Below, in pieces: positions 10,645-21,327 of a DNA stretch of 64,000 nucleotides; the stretch's first letter is position 1; every line of letters starts with the position of its first letter. Source of the stretch: Escherichia coli (GTDB lineage: Bacteria > Pseudomonadota > Gammaproteobacteria > Enterobacterales > Enterobacteriaceae); assembly GCF_029227855.1 (NCBI RefSeq), contig NZ_CP074356.1; one strand, written 5' to 3'. A program made the position numbers and the translations under genes. The notes under the pieces were generated by a model. The model did no database searches. It worked only from the letters and a program-made list of their open reading frames with translations, and was not told where the DNA came from.

Positions 10645-12213
10645 TTAGCGTGCCGGCTGAGTAGTCGTGGAAGACTGCTCAAAGTGATAGCGACCGGTTT
10701 TCAGGCTGCTTGGGCCGAGGCGTGCAAACTTGAACATTAAGAACAATTCTGCCACCAGGAACAGGGTATACAGGCCGCAAATCAGCACCATTGAGAAGAT
10801 GAGATCGCCTGCGGTCAGTGACGAGTTCGCCACAGCTGTCGGCAGCACTTCACCGATAGCCCACGGTTGGCGGCCATATTCAGCCACAAACCAGCCCGCT
10901 TCTACAGCAATCCACGGCAGCGGAATACCGTACAGCGCGGCGCGCAGCAGCCATTTTTTCTCGCCAATGCGGTTGCGGATGACACTCCAGAAAGAGAGCG
11001 CGATGATTGCCAGCAGTAGGAAGCCACACGCCACCATGATACGGAACGCGAAGTACAGCGGCGCTACACGCGGAATGGAGTCTTTGGTTGCCTGTTGAAT
11101 CTGCGCTTCAGTCGCATCAGCCACGTTTGGCGTATAGCGTTTCAGCAGCAGACCGTAACCGAGGTCTTTCTTCATGCTATTGAACTGGTCACGAACCGCC
11201 TGGTCGGTAGAACCAGAACGCAGTTGCTCGAGCAGAGAGTACGCCTTCATCCCGTTACGAATGCGTTCTTCATGCTGCACCATCAGTTCTTTCAGGCCGA
11301 TAACTGGAGTATCCACGGAACGCGTTGCAATGATGCCCAGCGCGTAAGGGATCTGGATCGCAAATTTGTTCGTCTCCTCTTCCTGATCAGGAATGCCGAA
11401 CAGAGTAAAGGCAGCAGGCGCAGGTTGCGTTTCCCACTCGGCTTCAATAGCAGCCAGTTTGGTTTTCTGCACGTCGCCCATTTCGTAACCAGATTCATCA
11501 CCCAGAACAATAACAGACAGAACGGCAGCCATACCGAAGCTGGCAGCGATAGCAAAGGAGCGTTTAGCGAAGGCGAAGTCACGACCTTTCAGCATATACC
11601 ATGCGCTGATACCGAGGATGAACATCGCGCCAGTCACATAACCAGACGCTACAGTGTGAACGAATTTCACCTGAGCAACCGGGTTAAGCACCAGCTCGGA
11701 GAAGCTCACCATCTCCATACGCATAGTTTCAAAGTTGAAATCGGACGCGATTGGGTTTTGCATCCAGCCGTTCGCAACCAGAATCCACAGTGCGGACAGG
11801 TTTGAACCGAGCGCCACCAGCCAGGTGACACACATATGCTGAACTTTACCCAGACGATCCCAACCGAAGAAGAACAGACCTACAAAGGTGGATTCGAGGA
11901 AGAAGGCCATCAGACCTTCGATTGCCAGCGGCGCACCGAAGATATCCCCTACATAGTGGGAATAGTAAGACCAGTTAGTCCCGAACTGGAACTCCATGGT
12001 CAGACCGGTAGCCACACCCAGAGCGAAGTTGATACCAAACAACTTGCCCCAGAACTTGGTCATATCTTTATAAATCTGTTTGCCGGAAAGGACGTAGACC
12101 GTTTCCATAATGGCCAGCAGGAACGCCATACCGAGCGTCAGTGGCACAAAAAGGAAGTGGTACATCGCGGTCAAGGCAAACTGTAAGCGCGACAGTTCGA
12201 CTATATCTAACAT
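10645..12213 (-). CDS. cydA: Cytochrome bd-I ubiquinol oxidase subunit I
   Basis: Starts [28 protein letters not shown]; about 522 aa. Confidence 0.95.
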
Positions 12214-12950
12214 CATGACTCCTTGCTCATCGCATGAAGACTCCGAGAGTGAACCCCGTTAGAAAGGGTCACACGCATGCCCCAATACAAAATTATTTGC
12301 TCGCCTCTATCGTTGCCATTTCATCAAAAGAGGAAAAGACAATGATAAAAAAGTTACAAATATGTTAATGAATAAACCAAATTGATCCCGTAATTATATT
12401 ACGCCGCAAAATCCTTACAATAAACATGTTTTTATTGAGCAAATTTGCATTTTTCGACAGTGATCAATTTATAGCGAAATTGTCACGATCTCACCAATTT
12501 GATCTACGACAATTTATCGTGTTTTGCAGATTTTTTTCAAGAATTAAAAATTGATTTATATCAAAACCAACCAAATATGTTAATTGTGTATAAACCATAG
12601 ATCATTGGTGATTTTATTGTTAATTTATTGTGAAATATTTATGCAACACAATTATTACAATGAAAAGGTATAGATAAAAAACCAGTGTTTTATTTAACAG
12701 AACCGCCTTATCCACTTTTTATAATACCAATTGATTAGATTAGCCAATTTGTTGCTATTTTACATAACATATTTTTATCAAAGTTAATTGATTGTTGCGT
12801 TTATGAGCACCGGCCGTAAGCCCGTTATGTTATTGTTTCATTAGTAATAATCACTTAAATGTATCGATGAAACAGGTATGACTTAGCGGGAGTGATTGTT
12901 TCTGAGTGAACAGAGACCACTTTCGCCTGATAAATGAAAAATGAGCGATT
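12214..12950 (-). promoter_or_regulatory. Long AT-rich cydAB upstream regulatory region
   Basis: About 0.7 kb non-coding AT-rich DNA upstream of cydA; the cyd promoter is known to be complex (FNR, ArcA, H-NS). Confidence 0.6.
12551..12564. promoter_or_regulatory. Consensus FNR binding site
   Basis: TTGATTTATATCAA is a perfect TTGAT-N4-ATCAA palindrome, about 340 bp upstream of the cydA ATG. Confidence 0.6.
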
Positions 12951-13018
12951 TTTGCAAGTTAGTTTTTCTATAGCCGAGTACGCTCAGCGCCTCGCTTGAT
13001 TACAATGAGGTTGCTGCT

Positions 13019-13963
13019 ATGAGTCCTGATAATATCAGTTCTGCTGTCAATCGCTTCTCAGGTTGGCCATCTAATGATCCTCTAAAAACAGATAAAGAAT
13101 CAATGACATCACCCATGACTGTGCAGGTAATAAAGATGATTGCCGCCATCCTTGACCCACATCGGATAGTCGTTGGAATCGATACACTTTATACAACGCA
13201 GCGCGAAACATTTACCTCAGAGAGTCAACAGCTCATTGAATCAGCATTGCAAACACTTCATGTGATGAATTTAAATAACCTGGAAACAAATCTCGATGAG
13301 GAAGGTCACTATCTGGCTTTTGGATATAACGTTGACACTCCTGACAGAATAACCGTTTCTGCTTATAATGAAAAAAAGCCTGGCTGCTATGGCCAATGTC
13401 TTTTAATACAGGATGACGAAACAGACTTATTTAACCTGATAAAAGTTAAAATTTTTGAAGCCAGGCATAATTATGTCGCTCAATTGATGAGCGATCCGGA
13501 ATTTATGTTCAAATTTAGTTATAGCGCTCAACAAAATAGATTAGAACCTCATCTTCTGGTTCCCACTTATTTCCCTCTAAAAACAAACGAACCGGTTACG
13601 CAAGAGGATGTACTGTTACTTTATCGTTTCTTTAAAATGGATGGTGATTTTAATATATTAACATCAGATGAATACATGAGTATCATGACACCTCTAATGA
13701 AGTGTGAGCGTAGCATCCACGACCACAACAGGTATGTGACGGGCAAAGATACCCTTCTTCTGGACTATCCTCCTTCTGGTAACCAGATATATTTCCATAT
13801 TTTTCCTGACGAATCAGCAACACTAGTCCTTTATTTTTCAAACAATGACATTGAATGTTTCGTCTTTGAAAGAGATATTCCGAGCCAGTATCGCTTTTTC
13901 AAAATGTTTACCAATCTGGCACTGGTTATTGATCAGTTAACCGATGCCAATCAAATACTTTAA
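13019..13963 (+). CDS. Hypothetical protein, AT-rich, no recognisable family
   Basis: 314 aa ORF, soluble, no motif I can recognise; codon usage and base composition unlike flanking core genes. Confidence 0.6.
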   Translation: MSPDNISSAVNRFSGWPSNDPLKTDKESMTSPMTVQVIKMIAAILDPHRIVVGIDTLYTTQRETFTSESQQLIESALQTLHVMNLNNLETNLDEEGHYLAFGYNVDTPDRITVSAYNEKKPGCYGQCLLIQDDETDLFNLIKVKIFEARHNYVAQLMSDPEFMFKFSYSAQQNRLEPHLLVPTYFPLKTNEPVTQEDVLLLYRFFKMDGDFNILTSDEYMSIMTPLMKCERSIHDHNRYVTGKDTLLLDYPPSGNQIYFHIFPDESATLVLYFSNNDIECFVFERDIPSQYRFFKMFTNLALVIDQLTDANQIL

Positions 13964-14043
13964 TTTTTATATATTCCCTGTGGCAAATATTGCTAAACAA
14001 TGCCCGGGGATTAATTTTTATTACTCACGGAAAGATTTAAATA

Positions 14044-14466
14044 ATGATCCCATCTCAAATCTCTTTCAACACCCTTCCTGTCAATGCAACATACGCTTCA
14101 GAGACAACAGTTGACACACAAAAATTCTCTGACATCCTCTACTCAGCGGGGTGTTCCCTAAAGGATCTGGCTTATTTGAGCAGATGTCTGGCATCAATAC
14201 ATCCGACTATCGCCAAAAACATTTATGAAACAGAAAATCTCAGCGATCAAAAATTACTACATATTGATTGCCGTAGTACAAATGAAATCAAGATAAATAT
14301 CTTTTTTGGTCGACAACGAGAAGGATTAATTGAAATTAGTTCTGACACAGTCATTTTTTCGATACTGTCTTCATTGATTGACTCCACCATTTCTAAATTT
14401 CAACACCAAAACCCCGTTAACGGTTCTGTAAATCCTGACCTATTGTATGAGGATTATACTGATTAA
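14044..14466 (+). CDS. Hypothetical protein, AT-rich, no recognisable family
   Basis: 140 aa ORF 80 bp downstream of the 314 aa ORF, same strand; likely co-transcribed. Confidence 0.55.
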   Translation: MIPSQISFNTLPVNATYASETTVDTQKFSDILYSAGCSLKDLAYLSRCLASIHPTIAKNIYETENLSDQKLLHIDCRSTNEIKINIFFGRQREGLIEISSDTVIFSILSSLIDSTISKFQHQNPVNGSVNPDLLYEDYTD

Positions 14467-15013
14467 ATCCCTCCTGTCGCGAAAAATGGCCTGCGTTATT
14501 GCCAGACGTAATAAAACTTTTGATTAACGTTTCTCGTACTGGTAGCACCCTCATGTACTTTTCTTTTTTACGAAAAATCAAAAGAGCTAACAAAGGTCAT
14601 AATTCGCATGAATCATTAATTATTTGTTATTTTCAACATTATTTTTACATTAAGCAGAGATGAATTGCAGTGAAATTCGACTTAACTTTTATGAAATGCA
14701 TTTACTCATGGCTAAAGCCACGTCACAAAAATGCAAATTAGAAGTTGATCACAATTATCTCAATACATCAAATCAAGTTAATTTTAAAAATTTAACATTC
14801 ATGACATCAGTTGACATAACACACTGAATTAAAATGAGAATTTGAAAACACACTTTAAACAATCATTTCCCGAAAGACATTTTGAAAATAGATCAATTGC
14901 AACATTACGGTCAGATAAAGACACTCCTGTGATATTAAACCTGTGCCGTTATGAACGGCCATAAATACGACGTGTGTAACTTATTTTACTCTCTGTCTTA
15001 CAAAGGATTACCC

Positions 15014-15463
15014 ATGAAGAAAGCAACACTTGTGATTGGCGTTATTGGCGCGGACTGCCATGCAGTAGGCAATAAAGTTCTGGACCGCGTTTTTAGCAAC
15101 CATGGCTTCAGAGTCATTAATCTGGGCGTAATGGTCAGCCAGGACGAATATATTGATGCTGCCATTGAAACTGGTGCTGACGCGATTGTCGTCTCCTCTA
15201 TCTATGGGCATGGCGATATCGACTGTCTGGACATGCGCGAACGCTGCATCGAGCGTGGACTGGGGGACATCCTGCTCTATGTGGGCGGTAACCTGGTGGT
15301 CGGAAAACATGACTTCGCTGACGTGGAAACCAAATTCAAAGAGATGGGATTTGATCGCGTCTTTGCCCCAAGTCATGACTTAGAAGATGTTTGTCAGCTG
15401 ATGGCCCACGATATCAACCAACGTCATGACGTTGATACTCGTATTCTTGAAGAGGCAATCTGA
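15014..15463 (+). CDS. glmS: Glutamate mutase sigma (S) subunit, B12-binding
   Basis: [21 protein letters not shown]: the DxHxxG cobalamin-binding motif of methylaspartate mutase S; AGGA RBS 7 nt upstream; start chosen at internal ATG of the track ORF. Symbol follows clostridial glutamate mutase usage, not glucosamine-6-P synthase. Confidence 0.85.
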   Translation: MKKATLVIGVIGADCHAVGNKVLDRVFSNHGFRVINLGVMVSQDEYIDAAIETGADAIVVSSIYGHGDIDCLDMRERCIERGLGDILLYVGGNLVVGKHDFADVETKFKEMGFDRVFAPSHDLEDVCQLMAHDINQRHDVDTRILEEAI

Positions 15464-16851
15464 TGCAAATCGTCTCTGTCGATATTGGATCGACGTGGAC
15501 CAAAGCAGCCCTCTTCGCCCGGGAGGGGGACGCGTTAACGTTGGTTAACCACGTACTGACCCCAACCACCCCCCATCATCTGGCGAAGGGGTTTTTCTCC
15601 AGTCTGAACCTGGTGTTAAACGTAGATGATGCCCTCCCCCTGTTTAACAGCGGTGAGGTTGCATTGAAGTATTCCTCCTCTGCCAAAGGTGGGCTGGCGG
15701 TTGCCGCAATGGGATTGGTGCCTTCTATCACCCTGGAAACCGCGAAAGTAACCGCTCACTCTGCGGGGGCTAAAATTGCGCAATATTACGCCTACAAGCT
15801 GAACCGCCGTGATATCCAGGCACTGGAAGAAACGCAGCCCGATATTCTCTTGTTCACCGGCGGCACCGACGGCGGAGAAGAAAGCTACGGCCTGAATAAC
15901 GCCCGTGTGCTGGCAGAATCCAAACTCGACTGCGCCATTATTTATGCCGGAAACCGGGATATTCAGGACAAGGTGCAGGAGATCCTAGGGCATAAAGACC
16001 TGACCATCGTCGACAACGTTCTGCCCGATCTTGACCATCCGAACCCTTTAGCTGCACGCCAGGCTATCTGCGACATATTCCTTAAACGCATCGTTAAAGG
16101 GAAAGGGCTGGATGTCGTTGTTGATAAAACAGGCGAAGAACCAATGCCGACACCGTGGACAGTCTTTGAACTGGTTAAGGCAATCAGTAATGTCGATCAC
16201 AGCTGGAAAGAGTTCATGCTGATCGACATGGGCGGCGCAACCACCGATGTCTATTCCGCCTGTGCCAACACGCTCTCGCCCGACACCGTTTTACACGGCG
16301 TACCGGAACCCTTCGTGAAACGGACGGTGGAAGGCGATCTGGGAATGCGCGTCTCGGCAATGGTGGTTGGTGAAAGTGCGAAAGAGTTAGTCAATGTGAA
16401 TTTTGCTCAGCAACCCGCACAGCTGGACGCTTTTTATCATTACCTCCGTCATCTAGTCGCTCATCCCGACTACTTACCCGCGAATTCAGAAGAAAAATAT
16501 TTCGATACCGTCCTGGCCGGACTGTGTGTGGGTTATGCCACCGAAAGACATGCGGGCACCAAAAAAGAGGTCTGCACCTGCGTCGGCAATGTCGATTTAC
16601 AGATGGGACGTGACCTGACAACCGTGCGTAAAGTCGTCGGATCCGGCGGATGGCTCTCGCGTGCCAGTCAGTTCGATATGCATCACTGGTTGAAATACCG
16701 CAAGTTAAACGACGACGGTAAACGCATTCTCTTACCGACCGAATTTGAATATTACCGCGATTCCCGGGGGCTATTACCATTGCTGGCAAACGTCGCCAGA
16801 GTCGATCCGCTGGCCGCCGCGCGCACCAGTATTCAATGCTTAACCCTATAA
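15463..16851 (+). CDS. glmL: Glutamate mutase L component (MutL/GlmL reactivase-like protein)
   Basis: 462 aa ORF between S and E subunits as in clostridial operons; ATGA overlap with the S subunit. Confidence 0.75.
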   Translation: MQIVSVDIGSTWTKAALFAREGDALTLVNHVLTPTTPHHLAKGFFSSLNLVLNVDDALPLFNSGEVALKYSSSAKGGLAVAAMGLVPSITLETAKVTAHSAGAKIAQYYAYKLNRRDIQALEETQPDILLFTGGTDGGEESYGLNNARVLAESKLDCAIIYAGNRDIQDKVQEILGHKDLTIVDNVLPDLDHPNPLAARQAICDIFLKRIVKGKGLDVVVDKTGEEPMPTPWTVFELVKAISNVDHSWKEFMLIDMGGATTDVYSACANTLSPDTVLHGVPEPFVKRTVEGDLGMRVSAMVVGESAKELVNVNFAQQPAQLDAFYHYLRHLVAHPDYLPANSEEKYFDTVLAGLCVGYATERHAGTKKEVCTCVGNVDLQMGRDLTTVRKVVGSGGWLSRASQFDMHHWLKYRKLNDDGKRILLPTEFEYYRDSRGLLPLLANVARVDPLAAARTSIQCLTL

Positions 16852-16869
16852 CAATTAAGGCTGCAATCA

Positions 16870-18315
16870 ATGGAACTTCGAAATAAGAAATTAACCCATG
16901 ACGAATTCATGACCGAGCGGCAACAGGTACTGAAAACCTGGGAAACCGGCAAGGATGTTGAAAACTTTGAAGATGGCGTTAAATACCAACAAACCATTCC
17001 TGAGCATAAACGCTTCTCTCTTGCGCTGTTGAAAGCAGACAAGGAAGGTAAAACCCTTAGCCAACCGCGCGCAGGTGTGGCGCTGATGGACGAACACATC
17101 GAACTACTGAAAACACTACAAGAAGAGTGCGATCTGCTGCCGAGCACTATCGATGCATATACCCGTCTGAATCGGTACGAAGAAGCGGCTGTAGGGATTA
17201 AAAAATCCATCGAAGCCGGAACCTCTAAACTGAACGGTTTGCCGGTAGTTAACCATGGCGTCGCAGCTTGCCGTCGCCTCACCGAAACCCTGCAAAAACC
17301 GCTACAGATCCGCCACGGCACGCCAGATGCGCGTCTGCTGGCTGAAATCTCGATGTCCAGCGGCTTTACCAGTTACGAAGGCGGCGGCATTTCCTACAAC
17401 ATTCCGTATGCCAAACGCGTAACGCTGGAAAAATCGATCCGCGACTGGCAGTACTGCGACCGTTTAATGGGGATGTATGAAGAACACGGGATCCGCATCA
17501 ACCGCGAACCGTTTGGCCCACTAACAGGTACGCTGATCCCGCCGTTTATCTCGCACTCTATCGCGATAATCGAAGGCTTGCTGGCGCTGGAACAGGGTGT
17601 GAAATCTATCACCGTTGGTTATGGACAGGTCGGCAGCCTGACGCAGGATGTTGCGGCGATCCAGTCTCTGCGTGAACTTGCACACGAATATTTTCAGAGC
17701 TATGGCTATACCGACTATGAATTAAGTACCGTGTTTCACCAGTGGATGGGCGGCTTTCCGGAAGACGAATCGAAAGCGTTCGCTATTATCTCCTGGGGCG
17801 CAGCCGTCGCGGGGATGTCTGGTGCCACCAAAGTCATCACCAAAAGCCCGCACGAAGCCTGGGGTATCCCGACTGCCGCTGCCAACATTCAGGGGCTGAA
17901 AGCCTCCCGCCAGATGCTCAACATGGTCAACGAGCAGAAATTCCCGCCGTGCCCTGCGGTTGAACTGGAAATTGAACTGATTAAGAGCGAGGTTCGCGCG
18001 GTACTGAATAAAGTGTTCGAACTGGGTAATGGTGATATTGCGCGCGGTACGGTGCTGGCATTTGAAGCGGGCGTACTGGATGTGCCGTTTGCGCCAGCCG
18101 CCTGCAACGCGGGCAAAATTCTTCCGGTCCGTGACAACACCGGCGCGATACGCGTACTGGAAGCCGGAGCCGTTCCATTGCCAAAAGATATTCTCGACCT
18201 CCACCACGATTACGTTGCTGAACGCGCACGCTTTGAAGGACGCCAACCGACATTCCAGATGGTTGTAGATGACATCAATGCTGTATCCCACAGTAAATTA
18301 ATAGGAAGACCATAA
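16870..18315 (+). CDS. glmE: Glutamate mutase epsilon (E) catalytic subunit
   Basis: 481 aa, size and gene order match methylaspartate mutase E. Confidence 0.8.
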   Translation: MELRNKKLTHDEFMTERQQVLKTWETGKDVENFEDGVKYQQTIPEHKRFSLALLKADKEGKTLSQPRAGVALMDEHIELLKTLQEECDLLPSTIDAYTRLNRYEEAAVGIKKSIEAGTSKLNGLPVVNHGVAACRRLTETLQKPLQIRHGTPDARLLAEISMSSGFTSYEGGGISYNIPYAKRVTLEKSIRDWQYCDRLMGMYEEHGIRINREPFGPLTGTLIPPFISHSIAIIEGLLALEQGVKSITVGYGQVGSLTQDVAAIQSLRELAHEYFQSYGYTDYELSTVFHQWMGGFPEDESKAFAIISWGAAVAGMSGATKVITKSPHEAWGIPTAAANIQGLKASRQMLNMVNEQKFPPCPAVELEIELIKSEVRAVLNKVFELGNGDIARGTVLAFEAGVLDVPFAPAACNAGKILPVRDNTGAIRVLEAGAVPLPKDILDLHHDYVAERARFEGRQPTFQMVVDDINAVSHSKLIGRP

Positions 18316-19556
18316 TGAAAATAAAACAGGCCCTTTTTACCGCTGGCTACTCCTCATTCTATTTCGATGACCAGCAGGCGATAAAAAACGGAGCGGGTCA
18401 CGACGGTTTTTTTTATACCGGGGAGCCAGTAACACAGGGGTTTAACGCCGTACGTCAGGCCGGGGAGTGCGTATCGGTACAGTTGATTCTGGAAAACGGC
18501 GCGGTCGCCGTAGGTGACTGTGCTGCCGTACAGTATTCCGGGGCAGGCGGTCGCGATCCACTGTTCCTCGCGGAGCACTTTATTCCGTTCCTCAACGACC
18601 ATATCAAGCCATTACTGGTAGGCCGCGATGTGGATGTTTTCCTGCCGAATGCCCGTTTCTTCGACAAATTGCGTATTGACGGCAACTTGCTGCATACCGC
18701 CGTGCGCTACGGATTATCACAGGCTCTGCTTGATGCTACCGCGCTGGCAACCGGCCGTCTGAAAACTGAAGTGATCTGTGATGAATGGCAGTTGCCACGC
18801 GTGGCGGAATCCATTCCATTATTTGGTCAGAGCGGGGACGATCGATATATCGCCGTCGATAAGATGATCCTTAAGGGCATCGACGTGCTGCCCCATGCGC
18901 TGATTAATAACGTCGAAGAGAAGCTGGGCTTTAAAGGTGAAAAACTGCGCGAATATGTCCGCTGGTTGTCGGATCGCATTCTGAGCAAGCGCACCAGCGC
19001 ACGCTACCACCCAATCCTGCACATCGATGTATACGGCACTATCGGTCTGATCTTCGATATGGATCCGCTTCGCTGTGCGCAATACATCGCCAGCCTGGAA
19101 AAAGAAGCGCAAGGCCTGCCGCTCTACATTGAAGGGCCGGTCGATGCCGGTAACAAGCCCGATCAAATTCGCCTGCTGACCGCGATTACCAAAGAGCTGA
19201 CGCGCCTCGGTTCCGGCGTGAAACTAGTGGCCGATGAATGGTGTAACACCTACCAGGATATTGTTGATTTCACAGATGCCGCCAGTTGCCACATGGTGCA
19301 AATCAAAACCCCGGATCTGGGCAGTATTCACAACATCGTCGATGCAGTTCTTTATTGCAACAGCCACAGCATGGAAGCGTACCAGGGCGGCACCTGCAAT
19401 GAAACTGATGTCAGTGCCCGCACCTGTGTCCACGTCGCCCTTGCCGCTCGCCCCATGCGTATGCTGGTAAAACCAGGGATGGGCTTTGACGAAGGCCTCG
19501 ATATCGTCTTCAACGAAATGAATCGTACTATCGCGCTGTTGCAGGCTAAGGATTAA
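18315..19556 (+). CDS. mal: Methylaspartate ammonia-lyase (beta-methylaspartase)
   Basis: 413 aa; N-terminus MKIKQALFTAGYSSFYFDDQQAIKNGAGHDGF matches the enolase-superfamily methylaspartase N-terminus; start overlaps the glmE stop. Confidence 0.85.
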   Translation: MKIKQALFTAGYSSFYFDDQQAIKNGAGHDGFFYTGEPVTQGFNAVRQAGECVSVQLILENGAVAVGDCAAVQYSGAGGRDPLFLAEHFIPFLNDHIKPLLVGRDVDVFLPNARFFDKLRIDGNLLHTAVRYGLSQALLDATALATGRLKTEVICDEWQLPRVAESIPLFGQSGDDRYIAVDKMILKGIDVLPHALINNVEEKLGFKGEKLREYVRWLSDRILSKRTSARYHPILHIDVYGTIGLIFDMDPLRCAQYIASLEKEAQGLPLYIEGPVDAGNKPDQIRLLTAITKELTRLGSGVKLVADEWCNTYQDIVDFTDAASCHMVQIKTPDLGSIHNIVDAVLYCNSHSMEAYQGGTCNETDVSARTCVHVALAARPMRMLVKPGMGFDEGLDIVFNEMNRTIALLQAKD

Positions 19557-19559
19557 CAA

Positions 19560-20930
19560 ATGGCTCGTTCTTTTAAAGTCTTATCGCCAACGGCAATCCT
19601 CGGGTATGGATTCCCGGAAGAGAGCTTCCGCAAAGCGATGGCAGAATCGCCCGATCTGATCGCCGTTGATGCAGGCTCTTCCGATCCTGGCCCCCACTAC
19701 CTCGGGGCGGGCAAACCGTTTACCGATCGCGCAGGGGTCAAGCGCGATCTGCGCTATATGATCACCGCAGGCGTGCAAAATAATATACCGGTGGTGATCG
19801 GAACGGCCGGCGGTTCTGGTGCCGCTCCACACCTGGAGTGGTGCCGAGAAATAATTCATGAGATTGCCCGGGAAGAGCACCTCTCGTTCTCGATGGCGTT
19901 GATCCCGGCAGACGTTGACAAAGCCATCGTCCACCAGGCGCTGGATAACGGCAAAATCACGGCGCTGGAGTTTGTCCCGCCGTTAACCCACGACGCGATT
20001 GACGAAAGTACGTATATCGTTGCGCAAATGGGCATCGAACCCTTCCAGCGGGCGCTGAAAGAAGGCGCGCAAGTGGTGCCGGGCGGGCGCGCTTACGACC
20101 CGGCCTGCTTTGCTGCGCTTCCGATCATGCAAGGCTTTGATGAAGGTCTGGCGCTTCATTGTGGGAAAATCCTTGAATGCGCGGCAATCGCCGCAACGCC
20201 CGGCTCAGGCTCTGACTGTGCGATGGGCATCATTGATGACAACGGCTTTACGCTGAAGACATTTAATCCGAAGCGTAAATTTACCGAAACGTCAGCAGCT
20301 GCACACACACTGTATGAGAAATCCGATCCCTACTTCCTGCCTGGACCTGGCGGCGTGTTGAACCTGAAAGGCTGCACATTTAAAGCGGTCAATGACAGCG
20401 AAGTGTACGTCAGCGGTTCTAAGCATGAAGAAACGCCGTATTCCCTGAAACTGGAAGGTGCGCGACGGGTGGGCTTCCGCTGTCTGACCATCGCAGGAAC
20501 GCGCGACCCGATCATGATCGCCGGGATCGATAAAATCATCGATGAAGTCAAAACCAGCGTTTCGCGTAACCTGTCGCTCGACGATGACAGCATTCACATC
20601 AATTTCCACCTGTACGGCAAAAACGGGGTGATGGGCGACCATGAACCGATGCAAACTGCCGGGCATGAGCTGGGGATTGTCCTAGATGTAGTTGCGCCGA
20701 CCCAGGAAATTGCCAACAGCGTTTGCTCGCTGGTGCGCTCTACTATGCTGCACTACGGCTATGAAAACCGCATCGCTACCGCAGGCAACCTGGCGTTCCC
20801 GTTCTCCCCTTCTGATATCCAGGGCGGGCCGGTATACGAATTTTCCATATATCACCTGATTGAAGCCAACGACGCTCTGCGTTTTGATTTCCATATTGAA
20901 CAGGTGACGCCAGAAGGAGTTCAGGCATGA
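19560..20930 (+). CDS. Conserved protein of unknown function (possibly DUF1446/AtuA-like)
   Basis: 456 aa, starts 4 nt after mal; family assignment is from memory of N-terminal pattern only. Confidence 0.5.
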   Translation: MARSFKVLSPTAILGYGFPEESFRKAMAESPDLIAVDAGSSDPGPHYLGAGKPFTDRAGVKRDLRYMITAGVQNNIPVVIGTAGGSGAAPHLEWCREIIHEIAREEHLSFSMALIPADVDKAIVHQALDNGKITALEFVPPLTHDAIDESTYIVAQMGIEPFQRALKEGAQVVPGGRAYDPACFAALPIMQGFDEGLALHCGKILECAAIAATPGSGSDCAMGIIDDNGFTLKTFNPKRKFTETSAAAHTLYEKSDPYFLPGPGGVLNLKGCTFKAVNDSEVYVSGSKHEETPYSLKLEGARRVGFRCLTIAGTRDPIMIAGIDKIIDEVKTSVSRNLSLDDDSIHINFHLYGKNGVMGDHEPMQTAGHELGIVLDVVAPTQEIANSVCSLVRSTMLHYGYENRIATAGNLAFPFSPSDIQGGPVYEFSIYHLIEANDALRFDFHIEQVTPEGVQA

Positions 20931-21244
20931 AACAGTCAATTGTCTCACTGGCGCAAGTCATTCGTTCGAAAAATGCCGGACCTTACGAACTGGTTTTAGA
21001 TATTTTATTTAAAACGAAAGAAAACTATGAGCGAGTTAAATCATCAGGGCAATTAACCCCAGAACTGATTGCGCGCTTATATCATGTTGAACCTGACTTT
21101 ATTCACCGTATTGTCTGGTTTGATCCTTCTAACGCAGTAAAAATCGTCATGCCACGAGATATTATCTCCGGGAATGTAGGTGACAATGATGTCTATGGTG
21201 CACAGCAACATGCACCTTTATTAAATATGAGTTTCGATTTGTAA
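20927..21244 (+). CDS. Small conserved protein of unknown function (possibly DUF4387-like partner)
   Basis: 105 aa, ATGA overlap with the preceding gene. Confidence 0.5.
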   Translation: MKQSIVSLAQVIRSKNAGPYELVLDILFKTKENYERVKSSGQLTPELIARLYHVEPDFIHRIVWFDPSNAVKIVMPRDIISGNVGDNDVYGAQQHAPLLNMSFDL

Positions 21245-21327
21245 AAATCCGAATACTTTTAGCCAACTGACATCCCGTCACTTATTGCAGTTCAACACTT
21301 CAGCTATTTGTAAGGTTGTAATAGCAG

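Noticed and set aside
9460-10740. 426 aa plus-strand ORF
   Set aside because: Antisense to cydB; composition rich in His/Arg/Cys is typical of a spurious reverse frame.
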